A stretch of DNA of 64,000 nucleotides from a virus (IMGVR_UViG_3300037499_000265:1-64000); one strand, 5' to 3'; shown: positions 25,700 to 35,682, numbered from the stretch's first letter. Translations and numbers: made by a program. Notes: generated by a model from the letters alone, not told the origin.

Positions 25700-25951
25700 G
25701 TGAGTGAATCGCACACATCTTTGCTCGTCGGCGACGCCGACCGAGGCGTACGCCTAGAGCTGGACACCGTCCTCGGCGAGGTCCGGCTGACCGCGTCTCG
25801 AAATGCTGGAGACGTCGTGAAGACTCGGATGACACCGAACCAGGCACGCTATCTCGCCGTTCTTCTCGGCCGGATGGCTGGCGAGGCGGACGAATACGCC
25901 GAGTCGGCCATCGAAGACGAAGCGGTCTCGACAGTCATGGCGAAGGACTGA
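25700..25951 (+). CDS. hypothetical protein
   Basis: behind promoter; small beta-rich protein. Confidence 0.6.
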   Translation: MSESHTSLLVGDADRGVRLELDTVLGEVRLTASRNAGDVVKTRMTPNQARYLAVLLGRMAGEADEYAESAIEDEAVSTVMAKD

Positions 25952-25953
25952 CA

Positions 25954-26136
25954 GTGGTCAAACTTGACGATCAGCAGGTCAAGACCCATCTTCGTGCGGC
26001 TGAGAAGCTGCTTGATATAGACCCTGCCCGGGATATCGGCCTCCTGCAAGAGCAGCACAAGATCCAGCTCGCGCAGGCGCACTCGCTTCAAGCGATCGCG
26101 ATCCTGCTCAGGACATGGGTCGAATTCCATGAGTAG
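25954..26136 (+). CDS. hypothetical protein
   Basis: ORF chain. Confidence 0.55.
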   Translation: MVKLDDQQVKTHLRAAEKLLDIDPARDIGLLQEQHKIQLAQAHSLQAIAILLRTWVEFHE

Positions 26137-26406
26137 TGTCTTCGATAAATCAACAGACAAGGCCAACCGTGCCGTCGATCAAGTCGTTCAGATCCTGGTC
26201 AGCGTCATCGTGGCCGCGCCGCTCTTGGCGTTGTCCGTCGGACTGGCGGTCAGGCTGTTCCATTGGGCAGCCGGCCTGTGAAGGAGGAACGTAATGGGTA
26301 AGGACACGACTCCTAAGAACGGCAGCGAGGCGGACTCGGTGAAGGCGATCCGGGCCGAGCTGGCCAAGGAGCAGAAGATCCAGCAGCAGAAAGGAGGCGA
26401 ATCTGA

Positions 26407-26814
26407 GTGTCGATGATGACGTCCCGGGATGACCTTCGTGAAGCTCTCGTCGGCACCTGCATGGGCCTGGCCGCGGACGGTCACCGAGAAGGGGCCGAGC
26501 GGATGGCCGACCTACTGCTGGATGGCGTCGTCGAGGGTTACGTCCGAACCCTTCTGAGCGAAGCTCGATCGGACTACTACAAGCCTGACGAGGTCGAGCG
26601 GCCCAAGACCGTCGGTGATATCCGTCGGGCCGTCGCGGGGCTGCCGGACGACGCCCAGGCGTTCGTCAACGTCTCCGGCCACGGCGAGGACTACGCGATC
26701 GAGGACGTGTTCCCGTCCAAGCAGATCCCGGACGGTGAGTCCTGGCCGACCGACAAACGAACGATCGGGCTGGAGATCTCGCTCGGCCTGTTCAAGGTGG
26801 CTGTCGATGAGTGA
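26407..26814 (+). CDS. hypothetical protein
   Basis: ORF chain. Confidence 0.65.
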   Translation: MSMMTSRDDLREALVGTCMGLAADGHREGAERMADLLLDGVVEGYVRTLLSEARSDYYKPDEVERPKTVGDIRRAVAGLPDDAQAFVNVSGHGEDYAIEDVFPSKQIPDGESWPTDKRTIGLEISLGLFKVAVDE

Positions 26815-27004
26815 GCAGAGTTTGCGGCAGTGGGCGCTCTACTGGGGCGGCCCTGACGCTGACAACGCTGCCATCGTCGAGACCTTCATGGATCTTGACG
26901 AGGCACTAGCCGATCAACAGTTCAAGGGTGGACAACTAGCATGGCGAGACATCATCACCCAGCCGTGGCAGTACGAGGTCCTTACCAACAAGGAGGCTGA
27001 ATGA
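26807..27004 (+). CDS. hypothetical protein
   Basis: ATG 26807 overlapping upstream stop. Confidence 0.55.
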   Translation: MSEQSLRQWALYWGGPDADNAAIVETFMDLDEALADQQFKGGQLAWRDIITQPWQYEVLTNKEAE

Positions 27005-27192
27005 GGCTGCTCGCCGATAGCCAGGCGTACTACGAGATCAACTGGCCGCCCTGGTGGCAGATCGTCGGTCTGGTGGTCGCCGGACTGGCCTACTGGGACG
27101 CTGTCAAGTGGGTCAGCCGCCAGATCCGCTCACGGCGCTCGACGACAGATCCACCAAAGTCGAAGAAGAAGGAGGCTCGTCATGTTCGGTAG
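27001..27192 (+). CDS. small membrane protein
   Basis: WWQIVGLVVAGLAYW helix; GGAGG RBS. Confidence 0.6.
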   Translation: MRLLADSQAYYEINWPPWWQIVGLVVAGLAYWDAVKWVSRQIRSRRSTTDPPKSKKKEARHVR

Positions 27193-27520
27193 GAAAGGGC
27201 CGGTCTCCCGTCGCAAGTACGACCGCGCGGTCGACCAGACGAATTCCCTCCGCGCCCGGCTGGACGAGGTGCTCGTCCTTCACCAGCGAGCCGACAAACC
27301 GACCCGTCACTGGGAGCCGTGCAGCAAGCACGTCGGGACGCCGGAGAACCGTCGTGAGCACGGCGGCTGGATCCCACTGACGACCGCGATGGAGCTGTGC
27401 AGCGACTGTACCTTCACCGATCTGTATCACTGTACGTACGACTCGCATGTCGAGTGTGGCCACGAAGGCTACCCGTGTGCTACTGCGCGAGCCGCGCGAG
27501 ATGGAGGAGATCGTGATTGA
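27182..27520 (+). CDS. Cys/His-rich hypothetical protein
   Basis: GGAGG RBS; YPCATA. Confidence 0.65.
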   Translation: MFGRKGPVSRRKYDRAVDQTNSLRARLDEVLVLHQRADKPTRHWEPCSKHVGTPENRREHGGWIPLTTAMELCSDCTFTDLYHCTYDSHVECGHEGYPCATARAARDGGDRD

Positions 27521-27773
27521 GTTAGCCATGGTTGAAAACCTGATCGAAGGACTACAGCGTCCGAGCGTCATCGTCCTGATACTGATCGCCTTGCTGTTCG
27601 CATTGGCCGCCCGATGGTGGCGTAAGACCGGTCGTCGCCGGATCGTCGGTGAGACACTGTCCGTGGAGCCACGATGGATACTCCGCCGCGGCCATCAGTT
27701 GATCGGGTCGTACGAACGCGAGTCCGACGCGATGGTCGCCCTGCTCGACCAAGCCCGACAGCGGTCGATATGA
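27513..27773 (+). CDS. membrane protein
   Basis: VIVLILIALLFALAA helix. Confidence 0.55.
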   Translation: MIELAMVENLIEGLQRPSVIVLILIALLFALAARWWRKTGRRRIVGETLSVEPRWILRRGHQLIGSYERESDAMVALLDQARQRSI

Positions 27774-28048
27774 GTAGCTCCGACAGGCCCGACGTCACGC
27801 CCATCAGCCCGGAAGCGCTCGACGAGCTCGACGCCGCGGTTCGCAAGTACGCTGCGACCGAGGGCGACTACGTCACCGGCTGGGTGATGGTCGCCGCAGC
27901 TGCGCCGGACGACGACCCGAACGCGGTCGCCTACCATTTCGGTGAGTCGGCTCACCCTCCGCACGCGCTGGTCGGATTGCACATGGCCGGTCTCTGGCGG
28001 ATGGAGAAGATCATGAAAGGTGAGGGAGGAGAGCCAGACGATGCGTGA
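27770..28048 (+). CDS. hypothetical protein
   Basis: YVTGWVMVAA; overlap chain. Confidence 0.6.
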   Translation: MSSSDRPDVTPISPEALDELDAAVRKYAATEGDYVTGWVMVAAAAPDDDPNAVAYHFGESAHPPHALVGLHMAGLWRMEKIMKGEGGEPDDA

Positions 28049-28379
28049 ACCTGTGATGCCAACCACCCAACCGACGTCACGGCGTCCGGACAAGCCACGG
28101 GGTAGGTACAGTAAGCCCTCGGCACCTCCGTCCGGTGGCAGTGGGGTCTCGAACAGCAACAGCAGCAAGGTCGTTTCCGAGGCCTGCTCGTGCGGCGCGA
28201 GCATCTCAGTTCCGATCCAGGCCGACGGTATTACCGCGATGCTGTCTGACTGGCGAAACACACACCCCCACTGGAACGCCGAACCGACCACCCAGCCGCC
28301 GGCCGATCAATCTCAACCAGTAAGTCTGCCGGCCACCGGGACGTTCATGGCCAGTACGCGGCCGTTTGGATTCTCATGA
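28041..28379 (+). CDS. hypothetical protein
   Basis: GGAGGAG RBS. Confidence 0.5.
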   Translation: MREPVMPTTQPTSRRPDKPRGRYSKPSAPPSGGSGVSNSNSSKVVSEACSCGASISVPIQADGITAMLSDWRNTHPHWNAEPTTQPPADQSQPVSLPATGTFMASTRPFGFS

Positions 28380-28382
28380 GCC

Positions 28383-28610
28383 ATGGCTACCACCGAATCG
28401 AGTTGCCCGTCGGGCAAGCAGTGGTCCCTGCTCTCGCAGCAGCAGGCCGAGAACACCGCCCTGTTGATCGAGTGGGCGGAAGGCGACGGCGTGAAACGCT
28501 ACGCCTACGAGTGCGATCAGTGCTCGTACTGGCACGTCACTCGCAGCGAGCCTAGAGGTCAGGAGGTATCTCATGCCACGCAGACCGCCACGGGTCCTAT
28601 CGATCGATGA
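28383..28610 (+). CDS. small zinc-finger phage protein
   Basis: CPSGK...AYECDQCSYWHVT. Confidence 0.65.
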   Translation: MATTESSCPSGKQWSLLSQQQAENTALLIEWAEGDGVKRYAYECDQCSYWHVTRSEPRGQEVSHATQTATGPIDR

Positions 28611-28857
28611 CGATCGCATCGTGGTCGCCGGAACGAGGACCGTCGAGCAGGCCCGAGAACTTGTAGTGGCCGCCGGCGCAGGCTGTACGTGTGAGCCCAC
28701 CGTGTTCACAGTGCATTCCTGTACGCCGAGACGAGGGTACGTCCGCTGGTTCCGCGACATCCCGGCCAACTGGCCGGACCCGTGTGGGCACGAGCGTCAT
28801 CTCATCGACGCGAGACGAGGGGAACGGGGCGCGTTCGTCGCCGTGGTGTTCGGATGA
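28573..28857 (+). CDS. hypothetical protein
   Basis: GGAGG RBS; ATGA overlap with methyltransferase. Confidence 0.55.
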   Translation: MPRRPPRVLSIDDDRIVVAGTRTVEQARELVVAAGAGCTCEPTVFTVHSCTPRRGYVRWFRDIPANWPDPCGHERHLIDARRGERGAFVAVVFG

Positions 28858-30842
28858 TCCATGTCATCGTCACCTCGTCGCGGACTTGGCGAAACCCCAC
28901 GTTGGTGTACCGCGCGCTGCACGCCGCCAGGCGGGCGTCTAAGGATGGGAAGGTCAAGGTCACCCATGGCGACTGCCCGACCGGTGGCGATCACTACGCG
29001 AGCATCTGGGCCGACGCCTGCGTGAGCGCGATCAACGATCCACACCCGGCCGACTGGGACACTCACGGCAAGCGAGCCGGTCCCATCCGGAATGAGGAGA
29101 TGGTGGATCTCGGGCCTCAGTTCGCTCTGGCGTTCGTCAACCCGTGTGCCAAGCCGAACTGCCCGGACGGCGGCGATAGCTCGGACGAGCACGACTCGCA
29201 CGGCGCCGCGCACACGATCGGGCTGTGCGAGTTCGAGAAGATCCCGATCGAGGTCTTCCGGGAGAAGTCCGATGGCAAGTACTGGTCTCCGACGTCTCCG
29301 ACCGACGAGCAGGTGGTGCCGGGAAAAGACGAGTCGGCCACTGACCAGGTGGTCGACTTGTTCGCCGGTCCTGGTGGTTGGGACGTGGGAGCGCGCTGGC
29401 TCGGTCTGGATCCACTCGGCGTCGAGAACGACACAGCGGCCTGCAAGACCCGAGAGGCAGCCGGACTGCGAACGCTGCAGTCCGATATTCGCACCGTCGA
29501 GCCCATGCCTGCGACGGGCCTGATCGCCAGTCCGCCCTGCCAGTCTTTCTCGGCGGCCGGAAAGGGCTCTGGCCGGAAGAACCTCGACCAGGTGTTCATC
29601 CTGGCCCGCCTGCTCGTGCTCGGCGAGGACTGGCGGAAGTTGACCGAGGGCCTGGACGACGAGCGGACCGCACTCGTGCTCGAGCCGCTGCACTGGGCCT
29701 ACGAGATGTTCAAGGCCGACACACCGTATCGTTGGCTCGCGCTCGAGCAGGTACCCCCGGTGCTACCGGTCTGGGAATTCTATGCCGAGATCCTACGCAG
29801 CTGGGGGTACTCGGTGGCCACCGCACACTTGCAGGCGGAGATGTACGGCGTCCCACAGACCCGGAAGCGAGCCATTCTGATCGCCTCGCTAGATCACGAA
29901 GTGTCGATGCCTACGCCGACGCATTCGAAGTACTACCCTCGCGATCCACAACGTGTGGACGAAGGTGTGGACAAGTGGGTCTCGATGGCTGAAGCACTCG
30001 GATGGGGGATGAACGGGCGCCCATCCACGACTTTGATGACGGGAAACAATGGCGGCGGTCCGGATCCGATGAGCGGGGGATCTGGCTCTAGAGCCGTCCA
30101 TGCCCGAGAGCAGGTCGAGGGCCGATGGATAGATCGCGACACCGAAGTGGTCGGGTTTCCGAGATTGGCGGACGGCAATGACGTTGTCGAACTCGACGGA
30201 GTCCAGTACCGAAGCCGAGACTTACGACCGGTGGATCTACCGGCTCAGCATGTCACTGAGAAGGTTCGCTCATGGCGTCGTTGGCCAGTCGCCATGCGTC
30301 AGAGCGCGCAGACCAGGGCCACCGTTCGCGACGAGGACCAGCCTGCCCCGACCATCACCGCCGCTCACGATCGGAACGAGCGGGTCTGGCTGGTGAACAA
30401 CACCTCTGAGAAGGCCGGAGTTCGTGAGAGTGATGAACCTGCTCCGACGATGTACTTCGGCGAACGCCTGAACAAGGCCGTTTGGACCCATGAACGCCCT
30501 GCCACGACCATCACCACGACGAGGCGCTCGTCTGAGGGCGGTCTGGTCGGCTACTCGTTGGACGAGTTGTGGCCGGACCGCAGACCTGCGACCACGGTGA
30601 ACGGCGACCCACGCATCTCCAAGCCCGGCCACCACGACGAGAACACCTCCGGGTCGCAGCAGGCCGGGGCGGTCCGTGTCACCATCCAAGAAGCAGCGAT
30701 CTTGCAGTCGTTCCCGCAGGGATATCCCTGGCAGGGATCGAAGACTAGACAATACTCGCAAATTGGAAACGCGATTCCGTGCAGGCTCGCCTATCACATC
30801 CTGAAGGCAGTGACACGTGACGGAAACCCTGATACGATTTGA
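28854..30842 (+). CDS. SLOG (DUF2493-like) domain fused to DNA cytosine-C5 methyltransferase
   Basis: N-term VIVTSSR...VTHGDCPTGGD...AGPIRN...GAAHTI; C-term DLFAGPGG, SPPCQ, LEQV, PQTRKR, QEAAILQSFP...QIGNA. Confidence 0.85.
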   Translation: MIHVIVTSSRTWRNPTLVYRALHAARRASKDGKVKVTHGDCPTGGDHYASIWADACVSAINDPHPADWDTHGKRAGPIRNEEMVDLGPQFALAFVNPCAKPNCPDGGDSSDEHDSHGAAHTIGLCEFEKIPIEVFREKSDGKYWSPTSPTDEQVVPGKDESATDQVVDLFAGPGGWDVGARWLGLDPLGVENDTAACKTREAAGLRTLQSDIRTVEPMPATGLIASPPCQSFSAAGKGSGRKNLDQVFILARLLVLGEDWRKLTEGLDDERTALVLEPLHWAYEMFKADTPYRWLALEQVPPVLPVWEFYAEILRSWGYSVATAHLQAEMYGVPQTRKRAILIASLDHEVSMPTPTHSKYYPRDPQRVDEGVDKWVSMAEALGWGMNGRPSTTLMTGNNGGGPDPMSGGSGSRAVHAREQVEGRWIDRDTEVVGFPRLADGNDVVELDGVQYRSRDLRPVDLPAQHVTEKVRSWRRWPVAMRQSAQTRATVRDEDQPAPTITAAHDRNERVWLVNNTSEKAGVRESDEPAPTMYFGERLNKAVWTHERPATTITTTRRSSEGGLVGYSLDELWPDRRPATTVNGDPRISKPGHHDENTSGSQQAGAVRVTIQEAAILQSFPQGYPWQGSKTRQYSQIGNAIPCRLAYHILKAVTRDGNPDTI

Positions 30843-30860
30843 TCGTCAAGGGAGGTTGCT

Positions 30861-31460
30861 ATGCAACTCGACACGATCGTGATGGAACGAGAGGACGCTC
30901 GCGAGCGTCTGGGCGAGTACGAGAAGCTGGCTGCCGGGGAGCGCACCGCCGAGGACGAGCGGATCAAGGCCGGCTACCGAGCGGCGGCACGCGGCATGCC
31001 GATCATCCGGCTGTCCGAGTCGATCCACGCGGGCGGGTACTTCGACAACGGGCTGCCGCGGATCGCGGTGGTCCGGGCCGACTCGCTCGGCTGCTGGGTG
31101 TATAGCGAGCGTGCTGGGGAGGACCGGAGGGCGTTCGTGTTCACCGGCGATCCGGACACGACGAACCGAGGTGCACTGGTGGGTCGAGACTCGGTCCGAG
31201 TAACTGTCCCCGGGCTGGATACATCACGTAGAGGCATCTGGAGCCGTGCGTCGACGATCGTCCCGATCATCCCACCGCAGCATCGACCGAAGCGTCGCCG
31301 GCTACCTCGGTTTCATATCATCTGGGAGGTCGAGTCCTGGACTCCGGAGCCGCCGAAGGATCCCGCATTGCTGAAATGGATCGGCGGAGATCTGTGGGCG
31401 GTGGTCGCAGCTTGGGATCTCACCGAACTCGAGCGTGCGGTTCTGATCGGCCATCGGTAG
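30861..31460 (+). CDS. conserved hypothetical protein
   Basis: GGAGG RBS; KDPALLKWIGGDLWAVVAAWDLTELE. Confidence 0.75.
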   Translation: MQLDTIVMEREDARERLGEYEKLAAGERTAEDERIKAGYRAAARGMPIIRLSESIHAGGYFDNGLPRIAVVRADSLGCWVYSERAGEDRRAFVFTGDPDTTNRGALVGRDSVRVTVPGLDTSRRGIWSRASTIVPIIPPQHRPKRRRLPRFHIIWEVESWTPEPPKDPALLKWIGGDLWAVVAAWDLTELERAVLIGHR

Positions 31461-31798
31461 TGAAGCCGGGCTACGAGTTGCCGCCGGGCTGGCCGAAACG
31501 TGACACCGTCGAAGCCGAGTGGTGGAGTAAGGGCGCCCATGCCGAGGTCGTCGCCACCAGAGAGGGCATGACCAAGGAAGGCCTCCAGTTCTACGAGTGC
31601 GTCGAGACCCTCGCCCAGCGTGGTGACAGTCCCGAACAGATGGCTCGTTGGCTCGTGATGGTGTTTACCGCAGGCAAGCCGTACCGCCGTCGGCTCGGGC
31701 TGGCCTGGGAGATCCTGATCCACCCGGTTCGCATGTGGATCGTCACCCGGAAGGCTCGTCGCCGTATCCGTCAACGAGAAGCAGCAAAAAATGGCTGA
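31460..31798 (+). CDS. hypothetical protein
   Basis: TAGTG coupling. Confidence 0.55.
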   Translation: MKPGYELPPGWPKRDTVEAEWWSKGAHAEVVATREGMTKEGLQFYECVETLAQRGDSPEQMARWLVMVFTAGKPYRRRLGLAWEILIHPVRMWIVTRKARRRIRQREAAKNG

Positions 31799-32153
31799 CG
31801 TCCGAACCAACGCTTGTCCCGTCGAGGTGATCGAGATCGGTGACCAGGTCTTCTATATCTCGCTCGTCGAGCACTATGAGATCATCGATCCGAATCTTCC
31901 CTACAAGGATCGGTTCCGGACCCTGTTCAACACCTTGAAGATCAGCACTGATAGCCGAGAGTTGCTCTCCCTGAAGGTGGATCGTGAGATGATCACCAAT
32001 CTTGGCATATCACTCTTGATTGCCAGTCGGAGCGTGCCATGGACGTCACCGCCGTCGTTGAGATCGGATGGACTTCGCATCGGCCCGTCCGAGTCGACGA
32101 GCACACTTCCTGGGTGGTCGCGACCGGACGCACCGTCACCGAAGCCTGCCTGA
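31791..32153 (+). CDS. hypothetical protein
   Basis: ORF; atypical codon usage. Confidence 0.45.
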   Translation: MADVRTNACPVEVIEIGDQVFYISLVEHYEIIDPNLPYKDRFRTLFNTLKISTDSRELLSLKVDREMITNLGISLLIASRSVPWTSPPSLRSDGLRIGPSESTSTLPGWSRPDAPSPKPA

Positions 32154-32223
32154 TCGCCTGTCAGATCGCCGTGGCCGTCCGCCCGTGCGTCATGGTGACG
32201 TCCTCGAGAGTCCTGGAGGTGAA

Positions 32224-32697
32224 GTGGACCCCTTAGTCATCGACGTCCGTGGCGAACGCGCTCCGCAAGGCAGCAAGGTCGCGCTCGGACGGACCAAGAA
32301 GGGTAAGACGATCCTCAAAGAGTCCTCGGACAAGCTGCCGGACTGGCGCCACGACGTCAAGGCCGCCGCGGAGAAGTCGATGGCCGAGGCGGGCTGGGAA
32401 CGCCCGCTGGCCGGCCCGGTCGTGGTGAGAATGGCGTTCTACTTCTACCGTCCGAAGAACCAGCACCGCACCGGCAAGTTCTCCCATCTGCTCCGCGACG
32501 ACGCTCCAGTACGCCCAATCGGCTCGGTGAACGACCTCGACAAGCTCGTCAGGGCTGTCTTCGACGCTCTCACGGGCGCCGGCGTGTGGTACGACGACGG
32601 TCAGGCTGTTCTTCAGGTGGCCGACAAGTGCTACACCTCGCCGGCTCGTGAGTTTCACGGCGCACTGATCACCGTGGCTCCGTACCTCGAAGACTGA
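32224..32697 (+). CDS. rusA: RusA-like Holliday junction resolvase
   Basis: APQGSK...DLDKLVRAVFDALTGAGVWYDDGQ. Confidence 0.88.
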   Translation: MDPLVIDVRGERAPQGSKVALGRTKKGKTILKESSDKLPDWRHDVKAAAEKSMAEAGWERPLAGPVVVRMAFYFYRPKNQHRTGKFSHLLRDDAPVRPIGSVNDLDKLVRAVFDALTGAGVWYDDGQAVLQVADKCYTSPAREFHGALITVAPYLED

Positions 32698-32722
32698 CAA
32701 CCTTGTTGGACTCTGATACTAT
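32694..32722 (+). promoter_or_regulatory. sigma70/HrdB-type promoter
   Basis: CTGACA-N17-TACTAT. Confidence 0.6.
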
Positions 32723-32754
32723 CGGGTTTTGACAACGACGAAGGGAGTGTCGAT

Positions 32755-32946
32755 GTGACCACGAGCGATCCGAGCCAGGCTCACCAGTTCGCGGCCTCGA
32801 TCACCATCCGTGCCAGCTATCGTGAGGTCGGAACCGGTCTCGACGAGATCGAGATCTCATGGGAAGAAGGCACGAACATGCCCAGCACCACCGGCATCTG
32901 TGACGTGATCCGCGCTCTCGCCTTCGCCAAGGGCGGTTCGGCGTGA
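32755..32946 (+). CDS. hypothetical protein
   Basis: AAGGGAG RBS. Confidence 0.55.
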   Translation: MTTSDPSQAHQFAASITIRASYREVGTGLDEIEISWEEGTNMPSTTGICDVIRALAFAKGGSA

Positions 32947-33224
32947 ACAACCAGATGCCTCTGGTCGGACTGACCGAGATCGCTCAGCGCGCCGGCGTGC
33001 AGAAGCCCGCGGTGGCCATGTGGCGAACTCGCCATCCGGACTTCCCGCGACCGGTCGCCGAACTGCACGCCGGAGCAGTCTGGTGGTGGCCGCAGGTGAG
33101 GTCCTGGCTGCGACGGACCGGACGGAACTGGGACGAGAGCTGGACGCCTCAGCAGGTCAACTCCTCGTCCGGATCGACAAGACGGCGAGAACGAGAGATA
33201 GGGCTGGTGGGCGTCGATGGATGA
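32943..33224 (+). CDS. AlpA/MerR-like HTH DNA-binding protein
   Basis: LVGLTEIAQRAGV..PAVAMWRTRHPDFPRP...VWWWPQV. Confidence 0.75.
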   Translation: MNNQMPLVGLTEIAQRAGVQKPAVAMWRTRHPDFPRPVAELHAGAVWWWPQVRSWLRRTGRNWDESWTPQQVNSSSGSTRRREREIGLVGVDG

Positions 33225-33399
33225 GCAGCTGCCGGTTTTTCAGGTCGTGTTCCGCGATTCGTACAAGCCGAGTCTGGAGATGTGGTTGCGTGCTCACGGC
33301 ATGATGTTGGTCCAACTGCCACAAGAGGTGGTCGGCGAGGATGACCTCGTCACGTATGTCATTTACCCCATCGACGTCCCGCAGGGTAGCCATGTCTGA
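33217..33399 (+). CDS. hypothetical protein
   Basis: overlap chain. Confidence 0.5.
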   Translation: MDEQLPVFQVVFRDSYKPSLEMWLRAHGMMLVQLPQEVVGEDDLVTYVIYPIDVPQGSHV

Positions 33400-33658
33400 G
33401 ATCTCCGATCAGAAGCTCGCCAAGGCGATCGCTGAACTGACACTCAACCTGAGCAGATGGGTCGATGACACCAGTGCCGAGGCTGAAAAGGTGCTCCGCC
33501 AGGAGGCTCTCCGGCAAGGTATCAGCTTGTCCGAGACAGAACTGGAGATCGCCCGCGCGTCAGCGAGGACCGGCGTGGCCACGTGTCTGGACAAGCTCCA
33601 GAACGCTCTTGGAGAAGGTTTCGTCATGCAACTCAGTGAGATGGTCAACGATGACTGA
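33392..33658 (+). CDS. hypothetical protein
   Basis: overlap chain. Confidence 0.55.
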   Translation: MSEISDQKLAKAIAELTLNLSRWVDDTSAEAEKVLRQEALRQGISLSETELEIARASARTGVATCLDKLQNALGEGFVMQLSEMVNDD

Positions 33659-34046
33659 ACGAGCTTTCGATCCGAACTGTGTCTTCTGCCGGGTCGTGGT
33701 CGGCGACGCGCCAGCGGAGGTCTGGGCCGACGGCATCTCGAGCCTAGCCATCGTCCCGCTCAACCCAGTGGTCGACGGCCACTTCCTGGTCATCCCGAAG
33801 ACTCACGTGAAAGACGCGTACGCCGATCCTAGAGTGACCGCGACAGCGATGCATGACGCGGCGCTCTGGGCGAGAATACGGGCTGACCGGGACTCCCGGT
33901 TCGTCAGCGTCAACATCATCACCAGCGTAGGCCGACCTGCCACGCAGTCGGTGTTCCATCTACATATTCACGTAGTGCCACGCGTCGAGAACGATGGACT
34001 CGCGCTGCCGTGGACCGGACAACAAGAAGTTCAAGTCGATGACTGA
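33651..34046 (+). CDS. HIT family nucleotide hydrolase
   Basis: CVFC...LNPVVDGHFLVIPKTH...QSVFHLHIHVVPR. Confidence 0.9.
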   Translation: MTERAFDPNCVFCRVVVGDAPAEVWADGISSLAIVPLNPVVDGHFLVIPKTHVKDAYADPRVTATAMHDAALWARIRADRDSRFVSVNIITSVGRPATQSVFHLHIHVVPRVENDGLALPWTGQQEVQVDD

Positions 34047-35682
34047 GCTACTTCCGCTCCGCGGCTACCAATCCGACTGCATCGCCGCAGTGCGCAGGGA
34101 CTGGGCCGACGGCTATCAACGACTGGCCGCCGTACTCTCAACCGGCAGCGGGAAGACCGTGATCTTCAGTCACCTGATCGCCGAACAGCATCAGATGAAA
34201 GGTCATCGTCGCTCGGTCGTGCTCGTACATCGTGATGAACTGGTGAACCAGGCCGTCGACAAGCTCACCCAGGTCGCGCCACATCTGTCGATCGGCGTGG
34301 TCAAAGCCGAGCGGAACGAGGTCGAGGCCGACGTCGTGGTGGCCAGCGTGCAGACGCTGAGCCGGCCGGGACGTCTCGAGCAATTGCAAGATGTCGGACT
34401 TGTTATAGTTGACGAAGTCCATCACGCTGCCGCCAAAACGTGGCAAGATGTCCTATCAGGCCTAGGCTGCTTCCAACCCGCCACCGGTGTGGCGATGCTC
34501 GGCGTGACCGCCACTCTCGCGCGCAACGACGAGAAGCGCCTGTCCGAGACGATCGAGAAGGTCTCCTACACCCGTGACATCCTCGAGCTGATCCAGGACG
34601 GCTACCTGGTGCCGGTCCGCGGGCGGCGAGTCAGCGTCGACGGACTGACGCTCGAGGACGTCCGAATCACCCGAGGTGACTTCTCCGACGATGATCTCGG
34701 TGACGAGTTGGTCGACGCCGGCGCCGGGCAGGTCATCGCCAAGGCGTATCGCGAGCATGCCTCAGAGCGGCAAGGCGTGCTGTTCGCGCCCACCGTAGCC
34801 GCGGCTCACCTGTTCGCCGAGGATCTGAACTCGGTCGGTATCACCGCGCAGGCGGTCTGGGGTGCCATGCCGTTGGAGGACCGTCGGCTCACGCTCAAGC
34901 GTTTCGCCGCCGGCGACATCCAAGTGCTCTCCAATGCCATGTTGCTCACTGAGGGCTGGGATGCGCCATACGTGTCCTGCGCGGTCATCGCCCGACCGAC
35001 CACGTCCGCCTCGCTCTACATCCAGCAGGTGGGCCGGATCCTGCGACCGCACCCCGGCAAGCACGACGCGCTCGTGCTTGACGTGGTCGGGGCGTCGACC
35101 GACCACCGGCTGGCCAACCTGTCTGACCTGTCCGAGCGCACTCGCGACGAAGACATCGAGATCATCTACGGCGAGGGCGAGTCGGAGGCCGATCTGCTCT
35201 CGCTCATCGACAAGGCGTACTCGGACCGGCGCAAGGGTGCGTCCGGCAAGCTCACTTACGACGAGGTCGACCTGTTCTCTGCGTCGCGCTCGGCCTGGTT
35301 GCAGACCTACAAAGGGATCTGGTTCGTGCCGACGGCGACATCGGTGTTCTTCCTGTTTCCAGAGCGTGACGGTGTCACCTACCGGGTCGCTCAGCGGACC
35401 CGCACCGGTGGGTACAACCGGCTGCACAAGAGCCTGACGCTCTCGTATGCGATGAGCTGGGCGGAGAAGTACGCCAACGAAGAGGACGACGACTCGTCGT
35501 ACTCGATCTCTGGTCGGCAGGCGTCCTGGCGCCGGAAGAAGGCGAAAGCGACTGCGGCCCAGCTCGAGTACGCCGAGAATCTCGGTGTCGAACTCACCGG
35601 CTCGGAACACAAGGCCGAGCTGAGCGACAAGATCTCGGTTGCGATCGCGTCGAAGTATCTCGACAGATGGATCAAGGAGTAG
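34039..35682 (+). CDS. SF2 DEAD/DEAH-box helicase (Res_III type)
   Basis: LRGYQ, STGSGKT, IVDEVHH, GVTAT, LTEGWD, YIQQVGRILR. Confidence 0.92.
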   Translation: MTELLPLRGYQSDCIAAVRRDWADGYQRLAAVLSTGSGKTVIFSHLIAEQHQMKGHRRSVVLVHRDELVNQAVDKLTQVAPHLSIGVVKAERNEVEADVVVASVQTLSRPGRLEQLQDVGLVIVDEVHHAAAKTWQDVLSGLGCFQPATGVAMLGVTATLARNDEKRLSETIEKVSYTRDILELIQDGYLVPVRGRRVSVDGLTLEDVRITRGDFSDDDLGDELVDAGAGQVIAKAYREHASERQGVLFAPTVAAAHLFAEDLNSVGITAQAVWGAMPLEDRRLTLKRFAAGDIQVLSNAMLLTEGWDAPYVSCAVIARPTTSASLYIQQVGRILRPHPGKHDALVLDVVGASTDHRLANLSDLSERTRDEDIEIIYGEGESEADLLSLIDKAYSDRRKGASGKLTYDEVDLFSASRSAWLQTYKGIWFVPTATSVFFLFPERDGVTYRVAQRTRTGGYNRLHKSLTLSYAMSWAEKYANEEDDDSSYSISGRQASWRRKKAKATAAQLEYAENLGVELTGSEHKAELSDKISVAIASKYLDRWIKE

